A stretch of DNA of 64,000 nt from Felis catus (taxonomy: Eukaryota). Location of the stretch: assembly GCF_018350175.1 (NCBI RefSeq), contig NC_058368.1, positions 233,370,001 through 233,434,000 on the forward strand, written 5' to 3'. The translations under genes were made by a program, and so were the position numbers. Shown here piece after piece: positions 39,681 through 52,798 of the stretch; the first letter of the stretch is position 1, and each line of letters begins with the position of its first letter. A model generated the notes under the pieces. The model had not been told where the DNA came from and did not search any database. It worked only from the letters and a program-made list of their open reading frames with translations.

Positions 39681-42600
39681 GGCCTTTTTTTTTTTTTTTT
39701 TTTTTTTAAGTTTTTCTCATTGTATTATTCATAAATGCCAAGCAAGACATTCTGGGGCTGGAAGAGCCTACCACACTAAGGCACAAGCTCTCGCCAGGAA
39801 ATGAGCCCAGGGGACAGCTGCGGGTCAGGAGAGAGGACAAAGGCGGGGCTGAGAGCGGCGCTGGCCCTCTGCTATGGATGTGATAATGCACTTGACGAAT
39901 GTGGTCGTGGTTTCGTCCCGTAAAGGTGATTGTAGGCGGGAGGTGACTGGCCGATCAGTGCAGTGAGACGCAGGGCTGTGTGTGGCCTTAGCATCAGAGG
40001 CTGACGGAGTGATGATTAAGATGCATTCTGCACAGTGTCTGGGCACAGGCTCCGGGAAATCTCCTCCCCGCCCCCCACTCCAAAATCAAACAGAACAGCC
40101 TAAAAATCAAGTACTCTCTCTCCTGCAGGTGGATCCACCTCCCAGGGCATTTTCTTTTCTAGATTAAATAACACAGTAGCTCACTGGTGGTTGCTTTATC
40201 TAGAAGAAAGAAGAGAAAGTTTGGTGGAATTGAGTAGCCCTCAGACGACTTGCTTTTACGTCGGGCAGCTCGGAGGACCCACCACCAGCTTCTCTGACCC
40301 CCCCACCCACTGCGGGGGGGTGGGGGGGGGCGGTCCCAGCCACACAGAAACGTGTGTTTCTTACTTTCTGGAGATACAGAGAGGGGAAACTGGGCAGGGG
40401 ACGAGAAACTGAGATGTTAACTTCGAAAGTAATTTCAAAACTTTTCAACATTACCTTGGATATGTGATGGGTTAGAATGTAAATCTGGAATACATTTTTA
40501 ATTTAAAAGAGGAGACCTGAGAGGAATTTCAGGTGCTTGGGGACACCCCCAGACCCTCGACCACAGGGTGGACGTGCGGTGCCGTCCTGCCTTTCTGCTG
40601 ATCGTGATTAATGCTGCAGTGAGCTCACCCTCGGCTGATCCCACGTTGGGACACTGTCAAAATGTGTCGCGTCATCTCGAATTCTGTGTCTTGAATGAGA
40701 CACAGGAAGGTGCTTAACGCATAGCTCCCGGTGACATGTGTCTGAGCATCTCCATCACCACGCTTGACGCAGAACTTTAAGGAAGTTAAAATTATGCAGA
40801 CATTTCTACCAACAACAATCCAGAGCTTGCGGACGAGGCTGGACACTGGGCATCGCTGCTTACTTACACGCCTTATGTATACGCTGTCCACAAAGGATTT
40901 GTCGTATTCGGCTAAGCGCCCAAACAGAGCTGGTTCCTTGTTATCCACCCCACCACGCACCATCCTGTTCAAGCTCCCCACCCCCGCATTTTCAGAATTA
41001 AACACACGTCTCCTATATTCAGGTGGATTAGCATAATGGCCGGGTCCATAGGAAACGATAACACTCATCCCTTGAGACTTCTCAGTTCTGCAAGAAAAAA
41101 ACTCCCAGGAAAAATCTGACAGTGTCTTGCGGACTCTGTGGCAAGACCTTGACAAGGGAAGGGAAAGTGTCTTCGCAACAAGAACATCTTGCAGCAGCAT
41201 CAACGCTCATCAGCATCACCGTCACTGCCAAGAGCACTTGGTGTCCTCCGTGGTGCCGGCCGAGGGCTCTGGGAGACAGCGTCACGGGTAGGAACCGGAA
41301 TGGCCACTGACTGGTTCAGCAAAACATCCTGTACTCACGGAAAAACGGGGGATGTCGTAAAAGCCAGAGAATTAGGAAACGGCTTCTCCTGGACCTTCTG
41401 AATACCAGAAACACCCGGGCTTCTTCCACCATGACGTGACTTCCCAGAATCGCATAAGAGCAGGTAATGGTAAGTATTGGGGCATCGCTGGCCTCTGTTT
41501 AATGAACTTTCAGTGGCACACTCAAAGTAGTCTCATTTCTTCTGCTTTAGAGTAGGCTTTCCACACTTGCGAATCTGTCGGAATATCTTTGATGTCACTT
41601 TCTGAATTATTCGTTGAGCTGGAGTTTTTCTGGTGCATACTTCTCCTGTTTTCTTCGCTAACCCTGTTGTAAAAACGTCCCTGTTGGCTTGTAACATCCT
41701 TTTGGCTTGTCCATTATCAGTGTCAAATTTGGTTCCGAAAAGGCCCCCGAAACATGGGTGACGGTGAACTCACATATAGGACGACAATACAGTCCAAATG
41801 TGTATTCAGAAAATGGCCTAACACTGCCTTATAAACAGAGGTGCCCTCTCCAAACTTGCCCTTGAAACGTAAGAGTACAAACAAAAACCGATCCTGTTCC
41901 TGAAAAGACACATCTTCCATGAGCCTCTGTCTTCAGGGAAGCAGGTGAGGTGAGGCTTTTCATTACAGCCAGTATTTGGGCCTTTCTAGTTATTAAGGAG
42001 TCTACCTGTTGTTATTCATTTATCTAACAGATATTTTTTAGCACCTACTTACTAGAGGGCAGGCACAGTTACAGGCACTGTGGTTATCAGAGTGGTACTC
42101 GGTTCAGACCTGCTCCTTCCTCGATTCTAGAGTGTCTGTTACCTTAAGGAAAAGAGGACAGCAGATGACAGAGCCCCATCTGCTTCCTCTAGGGGAGATA
42201 TTCCCCAGCTTTGCAAGGTGACAGGGCCGCTCGGTCTGCAGGAACACCCACGGTGAAAGCCACAAGTCTGGGGTAGGTCTGCTAGGAGTGCTCGGTGTTG
42301 ACAAGGGGTCCAGTCCAGGGGCCAAAGTGGGCCCCAAGGGCACTGACTATCACAGCAGAGCACACATTCCAGAAAGAAGACCAGGGCAAGGACCAGGAAA
42401 CCAAGAGTGAAAAGGGAGACCAAGGATGCAAAGACCAGAAACAAGTCAGAAAAGGGACGGGGCCAAGCACATCTTCAGTGGCACGGATGAGCTCCGTCAG
42501 GACTGGGAGTGCGGTGTGGCACTCCTGGGAACCAGCTCCCTCCTTGAAGGGAGCCACTGGCTTTGGGATTTAGGTATGTTCCATCTCCAGGTCCCGCCCC

Positions 42601-42865
42601 AGATCAGGGGGCTTTTGTTTTTCTGAGGATCCCAGTGTCTTAACAGAAAGGAGGTGTACCAGCGTCTACACCATTGAGGCGAAGGATGAGGAAACCTGGG
42701 TCAGGTGTTTGATGGGGAAACCTCTTGAATTCTCTCGAACAAAGAACACATAGGCTTTGGTGGGTTTTGGCTCCAGGAGGGGTTTAGGGTTCTCTCCAAC
42801 ACACACTGAGGCTGAAGAAATCAGGAGGGAAATGGAGAGAGTCTTGGTCTTAGGAGTCTCTCATT

Positions 42866-42993
42866 TGTTTGTTTGTTTTAATATGTTTAAAAAAGTTTTT
42901 AATGTTTATTTATTTTTGAGGAAGAGAGAGAGCCTGACGGGGGGCTCGATCTCAGGAATCAGATGCTTAACTGACCGAGGCATCTGGGGGCCC
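42866..42993 (-). mobile_element. Internally deleted CanSINE
   Basis: Tail and head retained, middle missing; ctcatttg on both flanks. Confidence 0.75.
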
Positions 42994-44215
42994 CTCATTT
43001 GGGATTAGTTTTAAACCGATATTGAGAAAATTTGTTGATTTCAAGGTATTCTGCTATCCTGCCAGGAACAGTCACCTTTTGGTGGAGGAATGCTTGGGGG
43101 GTGCTGGGGCAGCTCGTGCAGGACGCGGGTCTGGACAGGCCAGAACTGTATGGGCAGGAGGAGGACGGGGAGGCAGGTGCATCCCTCCTCCGGGCAGGAC
43201 GCTGTCTTCCTTCGGAGTGGAGGCAGGTTCTGGAGGCTTCTCAGGGCAGCCCTCTCTGATTGTAAGGTTCTTACGAAGACACGACCAGGAGAATACACAC
43301 AAAAGATCTTGAATGAAATGAAAGGGCTCGGGAAGTAAAAACTTTTCTTCAACCAAGTAACTCCTCTAGTGCTGCTGGGTTCTGACCGGAGATTGTGTGT
43401 CTGTCAGGTCCCCAGGAGTGATTCTCTCTCCATCAGAAAGCCGCTGTTCTAATTGCTTCTTTGTCTTCAGATGTGTCGCATATTCAGGAGCCTCAAACTT
43501 AATAAAGGGAAATTCAGGGACATTGTCTGCTGCGCATAGAAATCGGTAACGCCACATTTACATAGGGATTTGCGGCAGGCTCCCTGGATGTGGCAGAGAA
43601 ATATTTAAGCATGTTTGCTTGGTGACTCTGAGAACTTATTGGAAAATTAACTTCTGATTTCATTCTCCTCCTTGCTAAGGAATCATAAACCTTCCTTAAT
43701 ACCATTATGCATTTTTGCAACTCGACTACTCTTCAGCTTGATTACAGATTATTAAAGCTTCATGGTGTGGAAGACGATGGAAATTAAATTACGTGAAGAG
43801 AATGCACTGCCACTGTGTTTCTGCAAGTTCTTACTGGCAAGAAACGTGCACGCAGCGGGGGGCCCACTGTCCTTGACACTGAACCTCTGATGGAGAAGTA
43901 AGTGGCCATATGCGGTCAACACAAGCCATCTTTCTGGAGCCACACATCTAGGAAAATATTTAAGGCATTTATTTTATATTAAAAGAAATATATAGATATT
44001 TTACGGAGGATTATGCAACATGCCTACAGAAAAAAACCGGAAGCCTGGCGGGTCCAGAAATAAACCCAACACTTGATGTAAAAGGTTTTGCTATCAAGAT
44101 GTGTGATGGAGAGCATCATAATGATTCCATTTTTTTTTTCAAGCAGGGAACAGGTATTCTAAGCTTATGGAAGTAATTTGATGGTAGGAGACCTTTCATA
44201 AACCCAAAGAGGGGC

Positions 44216-44270
44216 TTGAGGACCATTTTCTTTTTTTTTTTTTCTTTTTTTTTTTTGAGGACCATTTTCT
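44216..44270 (-). mobile_element. Poly(A)-only retroinsertion with a 16-bp TSD
   Basis: ttgaggaccattttct at 44216-44231 and 44255-44270 flanking a 23-nt T tract. Confidence 0.8.
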
Positions 44271-44491
44271 GAACTCGGGACCCGATGCTTTCACATCATA
44301 TCGTCTGATCGTATCCGGGACTGGCTTATATCACAGGTCTACCTCTTCCTGCAAATCAATCTCTTCATAGAACAGAGAATCGACAGCTGCCAGTACCTCC
44401 TTCCACACCAGGGCATTTTAGGGAATCTCCCGTAAGATGTAGTCTATAACTTGTGAATGTATCCACTTACTTTTCCGGTGTATGTGGATTC

Positions 44492-44720
44492 CTCTGTTTT
44501 GAACTGGGGTCCACTCTGCCCCGCAGGGCACATTTGGCAACGTCCGGAGACATTTTTTGTGGTCATGACTCGGGGCGGGTGGCTGTGAGTGGCATCTGGT
44601 GGGTAGGGGCCAGGGATGCCGTGACATACCCTATAATGCCGAGGGCAGTCCTCCCACCGCCCGACACAACAGAAACTTACTCGCTCCGAAGTTTTATAAT
44701 GCTGAGGAAGAGAAACCCTA
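44492..44720 (+). mobile_element. MER20-like DNA transposon (hAT-Charlie MITE)
   Basis: 'gcagggcacatttggcaacgtccggagacattttttgtggtcatgac...ggcatctggtgggtaggggccagggatgc...aatgctgaggaagagaaaccct'. Confidence 0.85.
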
Positions 44721-44974
44721 GGTTATTGTTATCAATACAGTACAGATTGGGGCAGTAATCACCTCCCTAAACCTCCTAAGGGTACATGATGATACATATT
44801 GTATATAATCTATAGTGAAGACACACATCAATTTTCTGCACCGCACTTTCAAAGAAAAGCCCACACAGTGATTATCAATGGCAAGGATACCGCTAGTCTG
44901 TGTCTGCTCAACACACACTCACGTCATCAACATCCCGTGAAACCACCGCGGAGAAGGAAGAGGGCGCAGGTTAC

Positions 44975-45144
44975 CTCTCAAATAAGACCTGGCTGTAGTC
45001 GTCCAGGACGTGGGCGTGAGTGTGGAGAAGGATGGTGTTGTAGCCTACCAACGCCGCCATCATGATCAGCATTTTCAACTCGTAATTCACCCGCAGGAAA
45101 ACCGAGCAGGAAATCAGTCCCAGAATGCAGCTGTAGATAAAGTA
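44975..45144 (-). CDS. ADCY2: Adenylate cyclase 2, coding exon (~exon 18), transmembrane helices
   Basis: 170 nt, phase 0/2; acceptor ...gttccag|TAC, donor AG|gtaacc; YFIYSCILGLISCSVFLRVNYELKMLIMMAALVGYNTILLHTHAHVLDDYSQVLFE(R). Confidence 0.96.
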
Positions 45145-45968
45145 CTGGAACAGGGAAATATATCAGATGAACGTTTAGGATCTCTTCTGCGAAATGCTGG
45201 AATAGGAATTCACACTGGGGGTCACCACCAACCCCCAAACTCACGCACGCAACTTCCGAACTGGCTGTGAAAAACAGATGCCCTTTTCTGTTTTCTGACC
45301 CCGGGGTACACACCCGAAAATGTGTGCTTTAGAAAAGAATTACTCATTCCGTGGCTTGCTGACCCAGTGAAGCATGCCCAATGAGAACAATCGTGGATAT
45401 TGCCAATAGAAATAATTCTTAACGATCTACACTGAAGGCAGGTCATGACTCGCAAATGTCATTTGCTTCTCGAAGATGAAAACAAGTGACTCTGTACACA
45501 GGTATCGATTTTAAAAGCTATAGTACCTAGAATCTCTTTTGGCCTTTCAATTCTTAATTTATGAAGATATAAATCATTACCAGGAGTTCTGTTAAAAGCA
45601 TAAGAAAGCCTCGGCATTTTATTAAAGGAGAAAGTGCAGGTCCAAAGCAGAGAGGATTTGACAAACTAAAAGCTTTGGCCGGGGTGAGTCACAGAGTCCC
45701 TGGAAGTGGGCAGGGAACACGAGGGAATGGGGAGAGCTAGGCGTGTGGGAAAAAAAGCCAGCACGTTGCATCCCCTGTCGTCCCCAGGAAACAGTGACAC
45801 GTGTGCCCTGCCGTGGTGCTCCCTCGCCATTTGCCCTACGGGACATCATCGAGATGCGACAGCCCCAGCCAATCTTGCTTTGCTCACTCATTAGCGGGGT
45901 CACCAGTGACCCAACCTGGTTGTGGAGCATTTCTCCATCTATAAAATGAGGGCAAGAATGCCCTCTGT

Positions 45969-46173
45969 CTTTTTTTTTTTTTTGGATGTTTATTTATTTT
46001 GAGAGAGAGAGCAGAAGCGGGCGAGAGGCAGAGAGAGGGAGAGAGAGAATCCCAAGCAGGCTCCACAGTCAGCGCAGAGCCTGATGTGGGCTAGATCCCA
46101 CGAACCGTGAGATCACGACCAGAGCCGAAACCAAGAGTCAGACACCTAACCGACTGAGCCGCCCAGGTGCCCC
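45969..46173 (-). mobile_element. CanSINE
   Basis: Full body with a T-tail. Confidence 0.92.
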
Positions 46174-47663
46174 TAATGTCCTCCTTTTAAGTCACTGAAA
46201 AGAACAAGCCAAGCTTGCGGCCCAGAGCCCTGCCAGGTAGGAGGGATGTGGTAAGTGGACACGGTTGCCAGGCCCATGGGGCCTCTACCTGTGACACTGG
46301 CGTGTCTTCAGGAACCAGGGTTGGCTGCTACCGGCATTTCTGGAGCAGAAGCAGCACTCCGTAAAGTCTCATGGTATAATGAAGCATAGATCCGACCGAT
46401 GTTTGACAGACCTTGTCTTTAAAAACTAGCCCGGTCTGTCATTTCCATTATATGGAATAAGCCACGGAAGGCCAGCGATATTAGCTCATCCATCCTGCTC
46501 TTGGGGAAGAGAGGTCGAGAAGCCAGCCGCCCTGGTCACACAAAGCACTTCCTTCTCTGCGAGAGGGAGGTTTGGGAGCGAGGCGGCCACACAAGGGCTA
46601 ATAGAGATCCGTACTCACGAGGACTCAGACCTGGCATTTCAGCCTCCCAAGGAAGACCAGCCACCGCCCTGGATCACACAGCCACTGGGTCACCCTTTAG
46701 GAGGTGAAACTTTCCCGAGCAAGGCGGCCTTACAGGTGGCAGCATTTTACGGGACACAGAGCGCTGTAAGCAGAATTTCTATGGCCAGATTACCTCCCCG
46801 AGGGGGGGTTCCCCACTAGGCTGACCCCACTCTCCCCGCAGCAGAGAATGGGGGGAGGAACCGAGGAAAGAAAGGTGTCCTGATAGGACTGTTTGGGCTG
46901 GCCGAGTGGAAACACAGAATCGAGGCAGGGAGACCTGGCTCAGTTTCCCCCAAAACAGGAGGTAGGGGAGGGGCGTGTGCTCCTAAACCAGCCCTGAGTT
47001 ACATGGAGTTCTGCCACCATTCCCTTAGCCTGGTGACTAAGTCCCCAGCTCAGAGGGCAGGTGTGAGGGCTCAGGGCCAGGAGGCGCCTCAGGCCTGGGG
47101 ACAGACACAGAACCCAGAGCAGGCAGCTCAGCAAATTCCCCAGGGAGGGCTGCTCGGGGACCGTGTACAGGGGCTTCACGGGGAGCCTCATCCCACCGAA
47201 TCTGAGAAGATAACAGGCTTGTGTGTCTCATGTCTCCTTGCGTTAGTTCATTTTTCTGCTATTTCACTGTTCATTTTGAAAGTTACCCTCCATGATGGGT
47301 TGGCAGTTTAAAAAAAACTAAACAAGTGAAAGCAGGGGCCTTCCCCACAAAGTCTGAGAGGCCCTGGTTTACAACCCAGTGGTCTTTCAGTCAGTAGTGG
47401 AGAGTAGTCTAGAACCGCTCCTCGAAGGTCATGACATTGCCTTGGGGGCCGGCTGTGGGGGAAGCTCTCAGTTCCAGACACGATGCTGCTAGTGAAATGA
47501 TGCGGGAGACCTCAGGATGAACGTCGTCAACAAATGCGTCACCGTGAGTATCAGTGTGTGCACGTGCACCTCGTGGGGGGACACAGGGTCACACAGGATT
47601 TCTGTAGCACCCCTCCTTTGAAGTAAGTGCCAACACCTATACAAATACAGCCTATGGATTCAC

Positions 47664-47910
47664 TTATTTTATTTTATTTTATTTTATTTTATTTTATTTT
47701 ATTTTATGTTTTATTTATTTTCGAGACAGAGAGAGAAGGGGGGGCGCCAACTGAGGAGAGGGCCGGAGAGAGGGAAACACAGAATCCGAGGCAGGATCCA
47801 GGCTCCGAGCCGTCGGCACAGAGCCCGACGCGGGGCTCGAACCCACGCACTGTGAGCTCATGACCTGAGCCAAGTCGGATGCTCAATGGACTGAGCCACC
47901 CAGGTGCCCC
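47664..47910 (-). mobile_element. CanSINE with a (TTTTA)n tail
   Basis: Body gagcccgacgcggggctcgaaccc; pentamer tail 47664-47707. Confidence 0.93.
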
Positions 47911-49053
47911 TAGTTTCACATTTTAAAATTCGTGCTTAGGCTTTTAAAAAGTTCTCCTATTTCAGGAGTATCTACTGAAAAACGTATGTTAATGGCAAGC
48001 GGCATTTAGTCATTTACTATTTACTTTCTCGACCGCCTGGAGGTCACGCACAATGTGGTCTGGGAGTTAATTAAAGGTAGGCAGGCAGCCTGCAGACAGC
48101 GGCAGGGGGGCGTGTGAACGAGGGGGATAACCTGAGAGGGCCAGGCCAGGCGTTCTGGAGATCGGCTGTCTCCACCACACAAGGAAGCCGCCAGGGAGAA
48201 CACCGACTGGGCAAGAGTCCTGGCGGTAGGCTCCCGAACGGACTTCCATTAGGATGTAATTACTACTGACCTGATTTCCGCATAGTTTCGATGTAGTTGA
48301 TATGTTATTAGTTAATGTGTATATTATTTATTCATATTGAAAATCATTACTATTACTTTAATTACTAAATATCATTTGTTAATATCCATTAAGATTAGGT
48401 GAACAGAGTTAAAATTAGTTAATATGGTTATTAACATGTTTGATATAGCTAACTGATGAAATCAATTTGCATTTTTTTTTTCAATTTGCATTTTTGCGCC
48501 AAGGGAACAGCAGCTGTTATCTTGGATAATTCACTTAGGTCTCTTTGGCCTCAGTTTCCTCACACGGAAAATGAGAATTCCAGTAATAGCAAACTCACAG
48601 GGAAGCTTTTCAGATATAATGATATAAATACAGATATAGTATGAACTGCCTCCATGGCAAAAATCCTTTGTGGTAGATTTTGTTGGATATTTTAAAATGA
48701 CTTCTTTTCCCCCCTACTACAGGAATAATACATCTGGTGTTAAAACTTAGGGAATATACAAAGGACTCGTATAAAACTAAGGGTCTCCTATAATCTCCAA
48801 CCACGAACTTGAGCCACTATTAATTATTTTGGGTATATTTTTCCATCCTGTTTTTGTGGGAGGTGTGCTACTTATCCCTGATATTTTAATACTACTCAAT
48901 ACTGATACTGACATTTTAAAAAATTGGGGAATATTTGGGATGTTTTTAAGTGACACTTTTCAATTAATAATTTATTGTGAATACATATTTCTATGTCATT
49001 AAATATTTTGCTACAATATCTTTGTCATGGCTGGATGTAACTAAATAGCAGAA

Positions 49054-49054
49054 T

Positions 49055-49089
<35 letters not shown>

Positions 49090-49160
49090 TCTATTTATTT
49101 ATTTAATGTTTATTTATTTATTTTTTTGAGAGACAGAGAGAGAGTGTGAGCAGGGGAGGG

Positions 49161-49204
<44 letters not shown>

Positions 49205-49334
49205 AGAATCTGAAGCGGCTCTAGGCTCTGAGCCGTCAGCACAGATCCTGACATGAGGCTCGAACTCACAAGCCGTGAGATCATGACCCGAGCCGAAGTC
49301 GGAAGCTCAACCTACTGAGCCACCCAGGCGCCCC
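49054..49334 (-). mobile_element. CanSINE with a (TTTA)n tail and (GA)~19
   Basis: aatagcagaattta on both flanks (TSD). Confidence 0.94.
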
Positions 49335-49469
49335 AGAATAGCAGAATTTATTTAAACCATTAAGTTTATTCTAACTCGTAGGTTGTTTACTTTCTTTGTT
49401 CTTGGAGTTACATAAACACTTTGATGAACACCTTTGTTGCTTACTGTTGATGCCTGTAAGATTAATTTC

Positions 49470-49640
49470 TTTTTTTTTTATTAAATTTTTTTAATGCTTA
49501 TTTTATTTTTGAGACAGAGAGAGACAGAGCATGAGCAGGGAGACACAGAATCTGAAGCAGGCTCCAGGCTCCGAGCTGTCAACACAGAGCCCGATGTGGG
49601 ACTCGACCCCACGAACTGTGAGATCGTGACCTGAGCTGAT
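49470..49640 (-). mobile_element. 5'-truncated CanSINE
   Basis: Body ends at ...gtgacctgagctga without the head. Confidence 0.88.
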
Positions 49641-51616
49641 GACTTTTACAGATTACGGTCAAGAAGTGTTACATCTTCTTGATGTAACAAGAAGCCGTGA
49701 ATGTGGACAGTTGTGAACGTGGACATGAATGTGGACAGTCTTGCCCACTGCCTCGTCGAGCTCAGATATCATGGACGATGGGGTTTGAGAGGAATCACGT
49801 GGAAGTTGCGCATGGCTCTCCGATGCTCCCTTCCGTCTATGAAGGGGAAGCCAGGATGTTCTCAGGCCCTCTAGGACTCTTAAGAACTCTAACACTGCAC
49901 TTTCTGTGCAGTGTTTGAGCACATGGGGGATCCTTGGCAGAGCTCATCATAATCTCTCTTTCTGATGACTTATTACTGGAACAACAGTGGCTTGTTGACA
50001 AAATTCTACCTACATGTCAAAGAGTCTATTGCGTATTTTTTCGTTTTTTGTTTTTTAATTTTTTCGAATCTTCTAAGGCTGAGTAAATGTTACTCTCCCC
50101 CATTTTGGGTTTCTAACGGTTTATGCTTCTTTTGAAAATAAGTCATACCGACTTACCTAATGAGACTCCGAATGATGACCTTACTGCTTTTAGTGACAAA
50201 CAGTGGGTTGTTGCATCCACAAATACCGGGTGGAGAGATTTAAAAAAAAAAAAAAAAAAAGCTTTGCCAGCTATCCTTTGTTTTTATGCAAATGGACGTT
50301 CATTGCAAATGGCTGAAGTGCCCTGTGAATGCTGCCTGGGATGCTCTGTCCCTCTGCCAGTGGCCTGGTACCTCTGTGTATGCCAGTGCCGTTCTTTCAA
50401 GGAGGGAGGGCCAGACCGCAGTTCACGTAAATCTTTCTCTACAGAAGGCGGCTTCAAATTGCCCACAGCGAGATCACAGCCAATAAACCCTTGCCATGCC
50501 TCCTGTCTCTCACTTTTCATGTAACTAAAACAGAAAAGATGTTGTCTAGCACTCACGGGAGCTTATGATAATGCTTAAAATGAGAACCAGGGCCCCTTGG
50601 ACGAGGGACAGATTTATGGCAGGCTTTCTTCCCATGCCCATGGGGACATTATTAGGGACCTTGGTCAGCTTGCCTCAGAAACCCTCTCAAAAACACCACC
50701 AGACACCCCAATTCTGTACAGAGAGCTGGAAGCTTCCCAGGCACTGAAGACAGGAAATGGGAAAAAGGATCCAAGCCAAATATCAAGGGAACAAATCAGC
50801 AAACGAAGAATGAGGAAAGGAATCTGCTTTATTACCACAGCTAATGGAGTCTAAAAAACTGGCCAAGAATCTTTAAAGTATACACACTAAATCACCAATT
50901 TCAGTCTCCAAAATAGTTCCTTTAGCACTCTCGAGATGTGACTCTACGGGGCAGAAACCAGGTGGGAATAATCTACTTTAGATGATTACACAAGAGAGGA
51001 GACTATCAAAACTTCTTTTGCATTAATGATTTATGAAACGAAGTTACTAAATAGTAAATAAACGACTTAACCCTTTCCACCGAAAAGACCGACGTATTGG
51101 CCGGTCTTGAAATTTGAATCTGGGCCCTTCTCTGGAGGATGGTTAAAATGAGTCAGTCGGCAAGGATTATTTGAGGATATAACCAGTGGGCAACGTCTAC
51201 AGCCAAGGGAGAGGCAGAAATACGAGAGGCAGTCCCCATCATCAGCAAGGAAGCCAACACTGTTCCACCGGGACTACTGGCAAGACCCATCAGCAATGAA
51301 CCCAGAACTTCAGTGACATACAACGCAACGTCAAACGCTGGGATACGTGCTATCGAATGTAGCACTAAGAGAATAAAAGCAGAGACATCCGCGAGAGCAC
51401 CAAAAGGACACTGTAAGTTTGCCCGTAAGTGTGTCTAATCGGCGTCGGTCAGCCTGGCTGGCAGATTTTGGCTGGTCGGGACTTGACTCAAGTATCGACA
51501 CCAAGGAGGAGAAGTGAAATCTACAGCCGATCAGAAAGTGGAGGCCATCACGTTAAATGGGCTCACAGCTTAGAGCAAGACAACAAGAGCAGTAATAATG
51601 AGTGAAATGCTCTTAC

Positions 51617-51736
51617 CGGGAGGAAAAACAAATTCTGTGCACGCAGAATCACTGCCTGATTGTTTAAGGCAGAAAGACTTGTGTTTGATGTGTTGGCAGT
51701 CGGAGGAATGGCTTCCTCTGGGTCGCTCAGGAAAAA
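51617..51736 (-). CDS. ADCY2: Adenylate cyclase 2, coding exon (~exon 17), extracellular loop with N-glycosylation sequons
   Basis: 120 nt; acceptor ...ctttgcag|TTT, donor CCG|gtaaga; FFLSDPEEAIPPTANTSNTSLSALNNQAVILRAQNLFFLP with two N-T-S sequons. Confidence 0.95.
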
Positions 51737-52575
51737 CTGCAAAGAAAATGTTTTTTTCAGTGAATTAGTGCACCAGAGATTAAAGGGATAGCGGGGGAGG
51801 GGGGGTGCTGCATTATTAACGACTTCATTCCTTTTGCACCATAAGCAGGATTACGTGGGCAATCTGGCGTCTGTCTTTCAAATGCGAATAGCTCCATCTT
51901 CTCCTGTTTGAAGCTTTGAGAATTTCTATGATATAAGTAAATAACTATTTATTGTTGCGCTCCACACTTGTCGTGGATTCCAGAACTATAAGACGATATT
52001 AACGAAAACAGAAACACTTCTGTTTGATGTTAAATTAGAAATGTACAAAGCTCAGGGCAGAGGGCTTGGTCGGAATCACATCTGAGGGTGACATCACCTC
52101 ACACACAGACACTCAACTGTCTACCGAGAAAGCAGAACCTTCAGGTTTTTTTTTTTCAGTGTCTTCACCATCTTGCTTCAAACATGAACTGGGTCAATGG
52201 AGTTTTTGACTTTAAGAAATTAATTGTGTGGGCAAAATGCACTCTTTGGCATCACCATTTGTATATATTATTTGTGAGCGCTTGGCAGTTCAGGATCACG
52301 AGGCGTAGCGTGCTGAGAGGGTGAATGCTCTGAGTAAGGACTGCTGGAAAGGGGTCCTCACTCTGGAAAAAATAAGTAATCCTGAGAAAACTAGCTCTTA
52401 AGCCATGGTCCCCTGTATCGGCACCCAGAAGGAAAGTGTCAACCAGTTGGCGAGACAGAAGAAATTCAGTCTCTGTCTCTCTCGTTCTCTCATTTTTTCC
52501 CTGGTTTTTCTCTGTTTCTCTTTCTCTGCGTTTGTTTTTCTTTTTTTCTCTCTTTCCCGGAGAAGCTGCAGCACG

Positions 52576-52798
52576 TTATTTTTTAACGTTATTTTTTAAC
52601 ATTTATTTATTTTTGAGACAGGGAGAGACAGAGAAAGTGTGAGTAGGGGAGGGGCAGAGAGAGAGGGAGACACAGAATCGGAAGCAGGCTCCGTGCCAAC
52701 AGCAAAGAGCCCAACGTGGGGCTCAAACTCACACACCACGAGATCATGACCTGAGCAGAAGTCGGATGCTTAACCGACTGAGCCACCCGGGCGCCCCT
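52576..52798 (-). mobile_element. CanSINE
   Basis: Full body ending ...gccacccgggcgcccc. Confidence 0.93.

Larger units (their letters stand above)
37800..41750 (-). pseudogene. Decayed hAT-superfamily transposase remnant (THAP12/ZMYM1/Zaphod-like layout), interrupted by younger repeats
   Basis: Minus-strand peptides resembling hAT motifs in the correct order across frameshifts: LAEYD (40901-40915), AEGELTAALI (~40620), CWG..ENYED (~39070-39019), EVAKRTGL..PR (~38632-38580), ELRDR (38468-38482), SNLSKVCQ..TLP..GEMARS (~38169-38080), SEGP..KRAVYNFKEQK (~37995-37911). Recognised by eye; no HMM run. Confidence 0.5.

Noticed and set aside
40010..40050. HCAECILI as the hAT HCxxHxLNL motif
   Set aside because: Better explained as a MIR 3' end (gattaagatgcattctgcacagtgtctgggcaca).
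43366..43720. Protein-like short ORFs upstream of the hAT remnant
   Set aside because: No recognisable motif or supported splice structure; cannot be linked from sequence alone.
50241..50260. Isolated poly(A) runs (also ~32690 and the T run at ~39685) as retroinsertions
   Set aside because: No flanking target-site duplication, unlike 44216-44270.
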